Shown: positions 27,401-39,655 of the stretch, one piece after another
Position numbering within the stretch: position 1 is the first letter of the stretch
How the letters are laid out: every line of letters begins with the position of its first letter
Assembly (NCBI GenBank): GCA_964019425.1
Contig: OZ025794.1
Coordinates: 1,054,001 to 1,118,000, forward strand
Length of the DNA stretch: 64,000 nucleotides
Source of the DNA: Flectonema sp. DT1601
Lineage: Eukaryota
Reading direction: 5' to 3'
Made by a program: the position numbers and the translations under genes
Notes under the pieces: generated by a model
Databases searched by the model: none
Seen by the model: only the letters and a program-made list of their open reading frames with translations
Told to the model about the DNA's origin: nothing

Positions 27401-30400
27401 GGCGTTCAAAATCGCCCGAGCTCCGTTTCTGGAGACAGACTTCGGATAGAGCCTTGCAAGCTCATCTGGGTTTCTCGTCGGGTTAGCGCTGGTAACCTTG
27501 CACGAGACAACAGTCTTGGAGGTAGCTGGAGCACCGACGGTGTTTCCGTAAATGTCGTGAATGTGCATTCCCATCTCAAGCGACTCTCCAGCAACGACCT
27601 TTCTCTTTGGACAGGTACCGCAACTGAGGTCCTGGCTGTGTGCGCGAGTGCACTTCTTGCAGTTGGCTCCTCCCATGCACATCTCATAAGGAACACTTGG
27701 AGCAACAACAACCGCTGGACAATTTCCTGGTGAGTTGCTGCACGCTGGTGCGTTAATCCATGCACGTGGTGATATCGGACTGTTTGATCGAGGGGTGATC
27801 TCAGTCCTGATGGTGCCAGCAACGTGGTACCTCAAGTTACTGAAGGTAACGACACCCTGAGCTGCAGTAACTCCCGGCTGGTCCCAAGGAATAGAAGCAC
27901 GGCACGTTTGCGCAGGCATGTCAAATGGGTGCCTTCTGATGGCAAGGACGGTGCAAGTGTTTTCTGGACAGGCATCATTTGTACTGAGCGCACATGGGTC
28001 TGCGTCATTTGCGATCGGACCCGCCGCTGCGACCTGGACTCCGAATCGGTTGTTTTCGGTTGCAACACCACCGCTGGCAACCTTGGCAAATGACCTGCTG
28101 TCACAGTGCTCGTTTGGTGTTGGGCCGTCGCATACAATGCTTCGGAAGACTCCATTCTGTACGAATGCGTAAGCACCTCTGATACTGAAGTCAGTTCCAG
28201 CGATAACCTGGTTAGGTGAATCAGTACACAAGATTCTGAGACCCAAAACAGACATCAAATTACATGAACCCCTGATGGAGGCATCATCGTTGACGACTTC
28301 CAAACGGAGCGGGTCGGTGGCTGCTGGTCTCTCGCGAGTGTAAACCAGATCATCAAATGTCGCTACTCCCTCAGCGGCGTTCTTCGTCAGTTCGTCGCCT
28401 TCCAACTCCCCGGCTGGGAGGTTTGGGTTTGTGACCCTTCCACAACAGGTGTACGCCGTCGAATCAGGCAGCTCCCTGATAGTAACGGAACAGTCACCGT
28501 CACGCTCACAGTCAGTAGCGGTGTTTCCAAAGCTGTCGTACAACAATGCGTGTACGGCTCCGAATGGTCTGCCTTGAGGGAAGGCCACGGCTGCGGTTCT
28601 GCATTCCAATCGTGTCCCTTGAGCATGGGAGATACAAACCTTTGGCGATACATCTGGAGTCAGGTCTTCTGAACTTGCCTCGATGTAAATACATTCGGCT
28701 CTCTTGTAAGTGACTCCACAGATTGGGAATCTTCCTTTATCGGAGTCCATAAATTTAATTCCGCCAAGTCTGTCATCTGTCTTCTTACATGCACCAGCGC
28801 ACTTCTTACGACGAAGGGATACGCGGCGGTTTGGATGCTCTGGTCTGTCAATTGCTTCGGACGTTTCATCAATGTCGGGAACCGCAGATCCGCTAGGAGG
28901 ATCAGAGCTGGTTGTGGCACAAGTATCTGGTAATTCAGTTGAACTGAGTGTGTTCAGTTCAAACCCGCCTAGGGGTAAAGGTAAGAAAAAGTCAGATGCT
29001 GGGAAAGGAGGTGTCAACTGAAATGGATCCAATGGGGTCGATTCTTCATCAACACAACCAGAGTTACCAATATCGAAAAGAGATCCACCCTCGATTTCAG
29101 ATCCGTACAGTGCGCGGATAGCTGCCACGCTCTCATCAACAACGTTGCCGTAGTCGTCTCTAATCTCAACAAAGACGCAGAACTCCTCATTGGCACGGAG
29201 TGGTGATTCCCTTTCATTATCCATTGGTCCAGTGATAGGGTCGAGTGGGAGCTTTGTAACACCCCCAACTCTCTCCTTCACTTCAGTAATAACCAACCTC
29301 TTTGGGTCAGAAGGAACAATGCTTCCACCATTAGTGAAACATGGTGGTACACCCGGAGTCGTTGCAGAGATGACGAGATCCTCAGGGGCGATCTGGTAGT
29401 TGACAGAGAACGAAGTAACTGGTCCCATGATTTCTTCCGACAAATCTCCGTTGAGCTGACCCCTGGCCTGGTGTGCAGCAACGACGACAGTTCCTCCATT
29501 TAACTGCTCGAAGATGACGTTGTTGTACTCATCAACGAATTCAACAGCAACCCTGAATTGTTCACCAGCCTTGGTGTATGTTGGTGGGGTGCTGAATGAA
29601 TCTCCCCTGTAGACGTTGCAGCTTGCTGGTGGAGCAGGGATGATCTGAACATCACAGTGAGCTGGAGTAAGAGTGCCAGAAGTTGCAGTGATCACCCACC
29701 TCACAGCTGTGTTAATAGTGAGGCCAGTGAACACAGCGCTGTCAGAACCCTGAAGGTTGGAGGTTCTTCCAACCCAGCCGTATGCCCCGCCAACTCCAGA
29801 AGCTCCAATTCTTCTGTATGGCTGAAGTTCAATATCAATAGTGTAGGCGGTGACAACGTTATCAGACTGATCGAGTACCTCGATAGTCTTATCAAAGTTG
29901 GCCCCGGCAACAATCCTTTGTCCAAAAATGCAGTCCTTGTATCTCAACTTCTTTGCATCACCTGGGAGAATGACAACCTGAAAGTCAACAGGAGTAGCAA
30001 ACGGAACTCCCTGAATACCTCCCTGTCCCCAGAACTTGAAATCGTACACACCCGCAACCCTGCGACTCATACGGGAGAACCTAACAAGACGGCCATCGGT
30101 GCCTTGGGCTGGTCCAATATCCCGGCCGCACATTGGACATTCGCTCAGTGGGATTGGTCCCGCAACGTACTCCATGCGGGTAGCGAAGCCAACGATGTTG
30201 CAGGAGCTGTCTTCCCAACACCTTCTCTCTCTGTTGGTGCCATCATCTCCAAGAAGAACAGACAGAACAACATCGTACAACTGCAACGCTTTCACAACAA
30301 TTCGGTTGGTGTTTGGTGGGTTGATAATAACGAGAGCAGGTCCAACAATGTCGATTCTCGAAGTAAGTTCATCAATTGTGGTGTACTCATCATTTTCCAA

Positions 30401-33400
30401 CATCAGGTTTTCAATGAGCGTGTCGGAAGTAATTCCAGCAGGGCACGAGAAAACAGCGTTAGTAGTTCTCCTAAGCTGAAGCATCAGTCTAAAGCACGGG
30501 GTGTCGAGCCCAGTCTCAAGAGAGTGGTAGGCAAATCCTCCAAAGGTACCTTCTCCATCACTAAGTTGAACTAATGGTCTGTAAGGAGTTAACTCACCAG
30601 TGCCATCAGCGTGAGTTCCTCCAACCCTGTATAGGGCGTTCACAACTCTCGTTTGACGGGTGTTGTCGGCAGGGTTCAAGTACTTGCACATATCAGGTCC
30701 AGAAGCCACGGCACCGTCATCAGTTGGAATGATGTTTAGCTTAGATTTGCTCCACATGACAGCGTTCTCAAACTTATCGTAAACGTTAACATTCATTTCC
30801 GGGAATGGCACGAGAGCTGGGTGCACGTCCGGGTAGTTCGAAATTGCAATTCTGGAGATTGGACCGGCGTGGAAGCAGATTTCTCTGGAAACGCGAGTCT
30901 CTTCAACGCTTCCAGTAGTTTGGATGTTCACAGTCAAGCACTCAGCGATGTTGGACGTGAGTGTGAACTCGAGCACAGGGCCGTCACGGTTAATGATTTG
31001 CGGTGGTGAGACGGTAACCCTGTCTCCCTCGTCCCTGAAATCACGAACGTTGAGGAATGCGTTTTCTTCTGGGTAACCATCAATGCAAACACTCGTTGAA
31101 GGAATCACATCTCCACCGTCGGAAATCGACGACTCGACAATGTTCTGACAGTCGACTACGTTAGACGAGTGTTGGTGGGATTTGAAGAGCCCGGCAACAT
31201 CTGCCAAGTTACCACCAGCATCAAGGACATGAACAGTGTATGACAATTCCTGTCCAACCGCTGCCTCTGGACATGTGACTCTGCTCGACGTCTGCTGACA
31301 TCTCTGACTGTAGTCACCAACAAGGATTCCGTTGTCGTTTTCATAACAAGGTTCGTTGATGAGGACGAGTCTCCTTGGCCTATTAGGGTGAACAGTAATG
31401 GCTCTGCAGGTAGCAGCGACCAACACTCTCGGGAATGCTGTTTCTCTCCTGTACACGGCTAGGTAGCGAACGTCACTACTTATACCAGTCTGGCTAGTCT
31501 GACAATTTTCAGACGATCCATACTCAGTGAGTGACTGAGGGGGTTGCATAGTACAGATACACAACTCAACACCAGCCTCAGGTTTAGTAATTATGAATGT
31601 TGGGTAGATCCCACATTCAGCCGCACATTCAGATGGTGAGAACGTAGCCTTGCTGGTTGTCTTCATACACACTTGTTGATCGACCAACGAGAACCTTGAG
31701 AAGTCAGTGTAGCAGCCAACGTGTGAGTATGCATTAGTCGGGGTGATGTCGGTGGCAGGGGCAACGGAAACCGAAAGAGTCAAGGACTCGGCGACCTTGT
31801 CGGTCATGACTCTCAACGAAGTGGTACCGTCAATAATTTCCTCGCGAGTTGATCCCAAAAGCATTCCCGGGGAGTCCTCGGTCAAGGAAATCACCATATT
31901 GTCAGCTCTGTCAGCGTTCAAGTTTCCGTAAATGTCTCTAACTGATGCCTGAACATCAATAAAGTCCATCGCGAGCACATCTGATCTGTCGGTAGCGCAA
32001 CTCAACTGGAAAGGAGCAGCCGGGTAGACATTAACATATCCTTGGAATCTCTGAAGTCTGACCTTGTTACCGTCTGGTCTTAAGCAGGTTGGACAACTGC
32101 ACTCAACAACAATCTTTAACTGACCAGCAACACTGAATCCTGACGAGAACGAAACTTCTCCTTCTGCGTTAGTAGTTCCAGAAAGGGTATTAAAACTGCT
32201 TGAGAATCTGGTTGGAACGTAGTCAGAGACCGAATTGTCGAAGATCGAGGCACTTGCAACACACTGCATTCCCCTGTTTCTAGCAATCATTCCATTCTTG
32301 GTTCTTAATCCAATCTTCCATCTGAGCTGCTCACACGAAGAAACAATGGCGGTGTCACATGCTTCAATGCATCTAGGAATGTCTTCCTTGACGTACACTT
32401 CGTATGGGTGTCCCGGAAGAACAGCAATAACTGCTACCGCCTTCCTAATAGAGTGTGTGGTCGATGTAACGGTCACCCTCAAAGAGCTGCACCGGCCAGT
32501 GTAACCCTCTGGGAACCAAGTCCCTGGCTCCATCGTTAGACCTTCCGACATGTAGTTGATGGCTCTCGTAAGAAGAGTTGTAGAAGTTGAAGACCAGGAC
32601 TTCACAACAACGTTGTTGCAGTCTGTGATGTCAAGTTTCCAACCGACTTGGTTGTCCGAGTTCCTGAATGCAGCTTCAACTATTTCGAACCTGAAAGTGC
32701 CTGGTTCCCTGATAGGAACACCCGATCTGATTGTTGGAGGAGACCTGGTGATAGCGAATGAAGCACATCCCATCCTTATCTGACAAATTCCATCAGACAC
32801 ACTCGCAGCAGCAGTAGTGGCCCGAACTGTGAGCGTCGTCTCCTCACAAGTACCATCAGCAGGAAGCACAGAATTCGTAAATTTCGCTCCCTTGCAGCCT
32901 GATGGACAGTTGTATCCAGCAGTGCACTCTGGCTCAGGAATATCCAAGCTGGCGTCATTGCATCCGAGATTTGCATTGACCACGTTTGCAACCTGCATCT
33001 GACGAACAGTATATCTGATACCCTCGGGCCAGTTCTCTCTCTTCTCAATCGCATTGATCTTAACGATGTAGTATTCACCCTGCTCCACTCTATCTTTAAG
33101 TGCGTTGACAACAGTCTGTGGTGACGCAGCTGGCTCGCATTGCCAGTTCGCTGCATTCTCGATGCTCAGAATGTGATCCCGATCTCTTGGAGGACCAACC
33201 AAGTCAATAACGCTTGCCGCAGGTCCGAGAATTTGAACAGAGAATAGAGGCATTGGCAATGCGCTTGTGACCGACTTAGTGTAGCATTCCTTGGTGGAAA
33301 TTGAACCTTCGGCCATCGAAAGGACGTTGACATAGCTGTTGTCGTTGCCTCTCGCACCTCTGACGTAGTTTCTGAACGGATCGTTTTCTAAGATGACATC

Positions 33401-36400
33401 CAAGACATCTCTCCCACTCATGAACAGTTCACACTTTCTGACGTTCTGTGGTAAATGTGGAACACATGAAGTAGATACAAACATGGAGTTTGAACGTTCG
33501 TAGACTGCGAGTGCATTTCCACCAATAACGAAGGTACCCTTCGAGGTAGAACCACCACAGTAATCGTTTGTTGCGTAGCATTGCGACTGATCGAGAGCTG
33601 TTGCCGGTTCGGCGGCAAAGCACTTGCACGTGAAACTTCCATCAGTCTCTGGGCAAGTCATGGACCAGAATGCGCTACCATCACAGAAGGCTCTACACTC
33701 AGACACCACTGTGAACCTGCTTACCTTGTCTCCAGTTTGGTCTTGGTAGCAACCCCTGAATACGCTTCCTAACGGTGAAGGTGTGAAACCAGTTACACTA
33801 ACCACAACAGATGTTTCAGATGTGCATCCCAAATCGCGAACAACTACTCCCCCCAGAGTAACTGACAACGACCTACCAGAACTGCATCCGCTAGTTGTGA
33901 CGAAATTCACGCCGAAGTTCGAAACATCAGATGTTCCCTGAACATTAAACCCTTCACTGAATGCTTCTGACTGAACAAGAACCGCATACACTCCCGCTGT
34001 GCCAGTTTCCCTGAGGCAAGGCATTGCGGCTCCATCGCTGCATGTACCAGCGGCACTGTCAAAACCAGCGTTAGAACAACAGCCGCCGGTGTAACTGTGC
34101 GGGTGAGATAAAGGACAATGTTGTGGCACAGCACAATTGCAGGTTCCAGTGCAGCAATCCCCCCCCAAGTTACTCCTGCACATAGCGCTGAATAGTTCAG
34201 TCATTGCTTCCACCGACATGGAAAGAGATCCGCTGTATGTTTTTGTGCATCCGACAGCCTCGAATAAGGTCTGGGCGTAGATTTGCGTCACCGTTGTACT
34301 CTCTTCGTCAGAGTATGAGTATCCCAGGCAACCGCTTTCCCGCGTGCAGTGACTTTCGCACAGTGGACGATCCAACTGAAGGCAGTCGGCAGCGTTGTAC
34401 GAATCCTTTGTAGTGTCACAAACGTTCGTACTGTCCAACACGTAGGAATCGAAAAGGTTCACCTCACCGTTAGCAGTTGGCACACAAGTGCTGCCAATGA
34501 CGTCGTAACTCCCGGCGAACTCAACCTCGCGTCGATCTCCAGTAACTTCAAGCTGCAACCTTCCGCCCTCAATAACCTTGATGTAGAAGTTGTCTTCAAA
34601 TTCTGATTCTTCGAGCTTGTCGTTTGATGAGTAGTCGCAGTTGGCAGCTCTACCGGTATTCTTAGCACCTCCCTGGTAGAGAACACCGTGTGAGTTTGGG
34701 AAACACATTCTCTCAGGAAAGTAAATGCGACTGCCTCCAACAAACGGTTCCAACTCAGGACCGTTTCTTGAAAAGCAGCACGTGCCATGCGGGCAGATCG
34801 TATCACTCATCGTAGCTCTGTCACCCCACAAGCAACCAACTTGCTGACACCGACCCACTTCAGTTAACGAAGCACAGCAGTCAGTTGCCGACAAGTGAGG
34901 ACAGATCATCTTGAGGGTACTGGTGAGTGCCTTCCTACCATTTCCGGTGATGCTGACATCTTGCGAATCACAAACCGGATTACCGTAGCAATCCAGAACT
35001 GGGAACTGCATTGGTCCGATTTCAACGTTGTACAAGGCTGTTTCTGGACAGGTACCCTCACCAATTCTGCAGGCATCACCCGCAATCACCTGGAGATCAA
35101 TCTTTAAAGGTCTTCTCTCGAGCGTACCAGAGCGAGCCCTGACGATAAGGGTCCTGGCCTTTGTGACAATGTCACGGTTATCCTCCTTAGTCAATATTAC
35201 ACGGCATCCTCCTTCGGTCCTTGCATAACAGACACCAGCAGTCCAGAGCGGAACCTCCGAATCTTCGTTCTCATAGATTGCAAGGTAAATGCCATCAGTC
35301 AAAGGGGCAAACGCATTCATGTCAGTAACACCCTCAGCGAAGATGTGAATATCAGCACCAGCCTTGCTCTCGAGGAAGTTGCTCTTCATTCCGTCAACTG
35401 TGAAGTAAGCACGAAGACCAGTAACAGGTGATGGTTTCCACTTCAACAGAACGCCGCTGGCAAACAGGAATCCCGTGCTGGCGCTGGCCTGAACCATAAC
35501 AGTTGGGTAGTCTTCTCCGAATCGTGAGCGGGTAAGGACAACACCGTTGAACTCTAGAACAGGGTCTCCCTTGTAGATACCCTTCTGGGACTGAATTGTT
35601 CCGTCAACTCCAACAACTGCTAAATTAATTTCGAGTTTTGGAGCGAACTCGCAGAAGAATGGAAGGGTATTCTCACACTCGATTGCTGCATATGGGTAGT
35701 AAACGGTGTTGTGGTCGTATGAGATGCAGCCATCCATACTTGGCTTGGCCGTGTAGTCAGCTGTTTCGAGGTAGCCGGCGCTGTTTGGTTCCCAAAGACC
35801 GGCGCAGCAACCCTTTCTGAATTCGAAAGAGTAATCCGGGTTAGCCGGGTTTCCGTACGTGCTGCTCCACCAGGTAGAGTCAGAACCAGAGTCCCAGATC
35901 ACGCTAAGCGGAGTTGAAGCGCCCGCCACTTCGAGACCAGTCCAGTATGGCTGTGGAGACTTCATAGCGAAAGTCGACTCAACAGCAGCATTAGGAATGG
36001 TAGCCAAGTATCCGTAAGTGTTCGAATTCCGTCCCATCATGCGGCAGTACTCTTTCGCTGCGGCCTTGGTTGCTGCCTGAGGGACGTATGTGAAACAGCG
36101 TTTGTCCTTTACAAAGTTTCCATCATTGTTGTCGCTGTCGTCCTTAATCATTGCACCCCATGGGCAGGTTGAATAATCGGAAGGTGCGCTGGTTGGATTG
36201 CCTAGCAGGTCAACGATGTCTACCCTGATGTCAAATCCGATTCCACTTTCAACCTCGGTACCGTTGGAAGGGCTTTGGATACGAACGCGGTCCGGAGTAC
36301 CTGGTCTGATGATGAGAGAAGTTCTGACGTGGCTAACACCCAAGTTTCCTCCAACTGCGTAAAATAAGACCTTCGCATGAAGGGATCTAAAGATGGTTCT

Positions 36401-39139
36401 AAAGGTAACTTCTCCGGTGGCAGGGTCAAGTCTGGAAAGGTACTGTCCCTTGCAGGACTCTCCTGCCTGAAGTGCTCCTGCTGGAGGCGTGGCAACGATG
36501 TCAGTTGCGGCAGATTCGACCTCCCCCTCAATCAAGCACATTACAATCTGGTTTTGCGCACCAATTGCTACGACTGTGCGTCCGGCTTGAGTGCGGGTGG
36601 TTGCTTGAATTATAAATTCACGACGTTCTCCAGCGACAGTGGTCTTTCCAGCTTCGTCTTTGAATTGAATATCAATCCTCTCCAGTTCCTGACGAGTTGA
36701 GCAGTATCTCGTTGCAGAATAAGGACACGACACAAATCCCCTGATCGATGAAGATCCAAAGCCACCAACATACACCAATTCTTTAAAACCTCCCTGATCG
36801 GTACAGGTAACAGTTGAGTTCCCAACTTCCATAATGAGGTCAAATTTGTCTCCCCGAGAAACGCAGGAATATGGTAAACACTTACCAGAAAAAGGCTGCG
36901 GGTTGGTCACACGATCGGCGTATTCCATGTTTGACGTGAAACACCCAGAGGCCGATCCAGCAATGCTGTAAGGTCGGCAGAGAGAACCAGTGCAGTCTTG
37001 CCCTGCCCCATTTAAAATAGCAGGCGCCAGACAACTCGATTCAGCACCCACCGGCTCGTAAATAGGACAGTGGTCCATCATTTCGTCACAACCACCATTT
37101 TGACGAGCCAATCTCTCTGCAATATCAGCGGGTATAGACCTCAGAAGTCCGACCTTCCACATGGCTGGGGAAGTGTACTCCAATGGAACCGTAGGAGGAC
37201 TGTTACTTGAGAAGAACATCCTTCTACTGTTGCAAGTTCCAATGCGACCTCCGTCGACAGTACACTGCTTAGCAGTTAAACGTGATCCGGCGCCAGGTTG
37301 GAGGATACTTTCAAAGAAACACTGGTAGTTGTTTAAGCTTGGTTGGTGGTACCAATGGTAGCAAGTCTCTCGTGCCATCACGCAACCGGCATCGAAACCC
37401 CACGAGAGGTATTCTGCAGAATTGAAATCAGCTCTGTAAAAACCGGTGTCATCAAGCATAGCAAGAGTAAGACCGGAAAGCACCGCACCAACATCAACTT
37501 GCATGTTCATAACTTCTCCCCTCGTAATACGACGCTCCCACAGGGCTGTGAAGCGCGAAGGGAAGTCAGTAAAACCGGTACCGTATCCCATCGCCGTGTG
37601 CGTGTAATCCTCAACTTCCAATCCTGTCATCGACTGGCAATTGAAGTGAAGTCTTGCCTGCTGGATAACCTTCTTAGAGCTCACAAGAGTAACCTCGGTA
37701 GGCACACCGATAGGAACTGAATTCCGCCATCCATCAAATCCCGTCCTGTACAATGCATCGGTGGAAAGCCCGTTGTCGTGTTGGTTGCGGTTTCCAGCTG
37801 TGTCGAAAACACGTTTACTGTGACGAGTCTGAGTCTGGAACATCAAGTCAGCTTCCACGGGGGTAGGTGCCTGAGTGTAGTCGTCACTCCAGTCAGCGTA
37901 TTTTTCAGCCAGTTCAGGTGTCCATCCGAGTGCCTGGACCAACTCGTGAAGTACAACAGATGCCATGTAATCAGTGTCTCCGAAGATTTGATCAGGCTGG
38001 ATCGTTAGCATACCAACAATTGGTCTAAAACTCTGCTTTGCAAAGTGACAAGGCCATGCAGCAGCGTTACTCTGAATTCTAGTACCATCTCTGTTGTAGA
38101 TCAAGACCGGGTTAGCAGCGACGAAAAGGTAAAAGTCTGCAGTGGTAGCAGTCAAAGGAAGGTTGCTAAACACATCGGTAAGCCCGTCCTTGGCGTTACA
38201 GTTGGCCTGGTTGTTAGTAACCTGAATAACGGATTCCCCCTCGGATCTCTTCAAGGCCATAATACCAGTGCGAATGCGTTTGATGGCTTCAGAAACGATG
38301 GTTCTAATTCTAGTCAACTTCGTGTTATCAATAACCCACGTACTCTCACAGTTGTAGGTCTGACCGTCAGTAGTAGTATACGCGTCCTTGGCCTCACTCG
38401 CACCGCCAGTGGCACCGTGGGCAAGTTGAATAGTTTCTCCGTTTGATCCCTGACAGGCAAACCTTTGGGAATCAAGAAGAGAATAATCAACATGGATGTT
38501 CAATGGCTCTTGTGTTTGAACGCTCGGCACGGTGAAAGTTTCGCAGTTATCACAAACGACAGCATCCTGTCTTGCCTGAACATCACTGTTTGGTTGGTGT
38601 TGTTTTTGTTTGTTGTTAATTTAAACAAATCGTTTCCCTTTGTAAGGACGTCAACGCAAAGAAAAACATCTTTCCTTTGTCCCTTGCTCATATGAACGAT
38701 TGCGAAACAGGAATAAAAACAGATATTGAGACGGCGAAAAATAAAATTCATGCGACTTAAAAAATGAATCGTCGCCTCACTATAATGAATAACTTACAAC
38801 ACCAGCTTTGGTTTCGCTTGTGCGCACCTGGAAAACAAATCTGTAAAGGAAAGTAAAACGCTATTGCTGCTGCTGCTCCCGCGATTCTCTTTCGCTCGGG
38901 AAACTAACATTAAAGAAGAAGGGGGGCAAAAAAAAAAAAAAAGGGTATCTCTCGTTTCAATAAAATAAAGTAACATACGCAGCAGTCTTTTGGAAAATTG
39001 ATCCTTGGAGATGCTTTACATCTTGATGAAGCTCTCCAAACTGACGCAGTCCTTTCGGACTGCATGTTGTGACAGGTGCAGCATCAGCCTGCCCGAAAAG
39101 GCAAAGAATTGCCCCAACCGAGATAATAGCAGATTTCAT
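6421..39139 (-). CDS. Giant secreted multidomain protein (about 10,654 aa) with N-terminal leishmanolysin/GP63-like M8 domain; proposed exons 39139-38979, 38827-38798, 38585-8234, 8102-7980, 7861-7565, 7422-6421
   Basis: The 10,113-aa open frame joins flanking ORFs through GT...CAG introns that keep the frame (donors GTATGT x4, GTAAGT x1; phases 2,2,0,0,0). Joined CDS = 31,965 nt = 10,655 codons. Exon 1 encodes a signal peptide (MKSAIISVGAILCLFGQADA). The three 3' introns interrupt one continuous domain (VVLEYEEPVYLSQ|VYVFENAEPGSVVSIW...IDSVAILG). Confidence 0.88.
7030..14300 (-). other. C-terminal region of the giant protein: EGF-like domains, LamG/concanavalin-like domain, Cys/Pro-rich repeats, discoidin-like beta-sandwich
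   Basis: EGF motifs CSGHGLCQSNGECTC, YWDGDNCEKCAEGYYGERC, CNGNGACRC...WAGEKC, CNGNGVC...WDGADC. LamG-like DFSVEMML...RWVRLRV...FSGWMREI at about 11.9-12.4 kb. Five CxxY/FxC...CxxxCxxDxxC repeats at about 8.8-10.0 kb. Confidence 0.7.
23980..25420 (-). other. Kelch-type beta-propeller within the giant protein
   Basis: Repeated Kelch blades: GRLGHAAH...FVFGG, LAGGSSVVYKNKLWYFSG, ARVEAEGFLIGTRMYVVGG, FSFYGG, LFFFGG. Confidence 0.78.
35645..36170 (-). other. C-type lectin-like domain within the giant protein
   Basis: CPWG...RCFTYV...AKEYC...YLATIPN...PYWTGLE...C...ECENTLPFFCE cysteine and WxGL pattern. Confidence 0.8.
36700..38500 (-). other. Leishmanolysin/GP63 (peptidase M8)-like domain with degenerate zinc site
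   Basis: Family motifs ADFYLFVAA, AAAWPC...RPIVG, VVLHELVQALGW, ARLHFNC...GLEVED, LWERRITRGEVM, LTLAMLDDTGFYRADF, LSWGFDAGC, DEMMDHCP. Confidence 0.9.
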
Positions 39140-39170
39140 ACTGCTAGTACACAAAGAGGAAAAAGGATAT
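39140..39170 (-). promoter_or_regulatory. Pyrimidine tract plus AG immediately before the start codon (candidate trans- or cis-splice acceptor)
   Basis: Minus strand TCCTTTTTCCTCTTTGTGTACTAGCAG-T-ATG. A comparable TTTATTCAG lies about 20 nt upstream of the SDR ATG. Confidence 0.45.
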
Positions 39171-39655
39171 TTAAAGGTTTCCTTTTCTCTTGCTCTCTTG
39201 GTTTATATTAATTATAGTTTGTTTGTTTTTTTTAATAATTTATGTATCTGATGTGAAGTAAGGGTGATAGTTTGACAATGTAGAAAACAATAAGAAATTT
39301 TATAATACTGAAATAAGTAATAAAATTAAACTGAAAAAACGACAGAAGCTTAAGCTTTCATTTTAGAATATGTATCTGATGCGAAGGGGGTAACTTGAGA
39401 CTAATATTAAAGGATGGAAAGCAACTTGAAACTGGCTAAAACTAAAGTGGCGTCCGACCAATTCCGGTTGCCATGTAAAAAAGACCAACAGTCAGTATCG
39501 ACAACACATATGTGCTGTCTGGGGGGTTAACTGTTTGATTTTGTACGTAAAATACAAATGTTTTGTATCATAAAAAACATAACGATAATTTAACATTAGT
39601 TCTGAGATACAGTGACTAGGTGTGATGCTTAACTTAGCCTTTTAAAGTAACTATT

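Larger units (their letters stand above)
15200..36400 (-). other. About 20 Ig-like (invasin/filamin-type) repeats interspersed with WSC- and PAN/apple-like modules
   Basis: Recurrent AG...(V/I)xxxDx(Y/F)GN motif (DLLGN, DCYGN, DIYGN, DAGGN, DDYGN, DSFGN, DRFGN, DKCGN, DADGN, DEYGN, DQYGN, DFMGN). WSC-like GCYxD...ECxxxC units at about 33.6-33.8, 31.5-31.7 and 20.9-21.2 kb. PAN-like CQSVCKGDARCTAWNF at about 22.8 kb. Confidence 0.65.

Noticed and set aside
8261..38446. Numerous plus-strand and alternative-frame ORFs overlapping the giant CDS
   Set aside because: Shadow ORFs expected from the codon bias of a long coding exon; no independent motifs.
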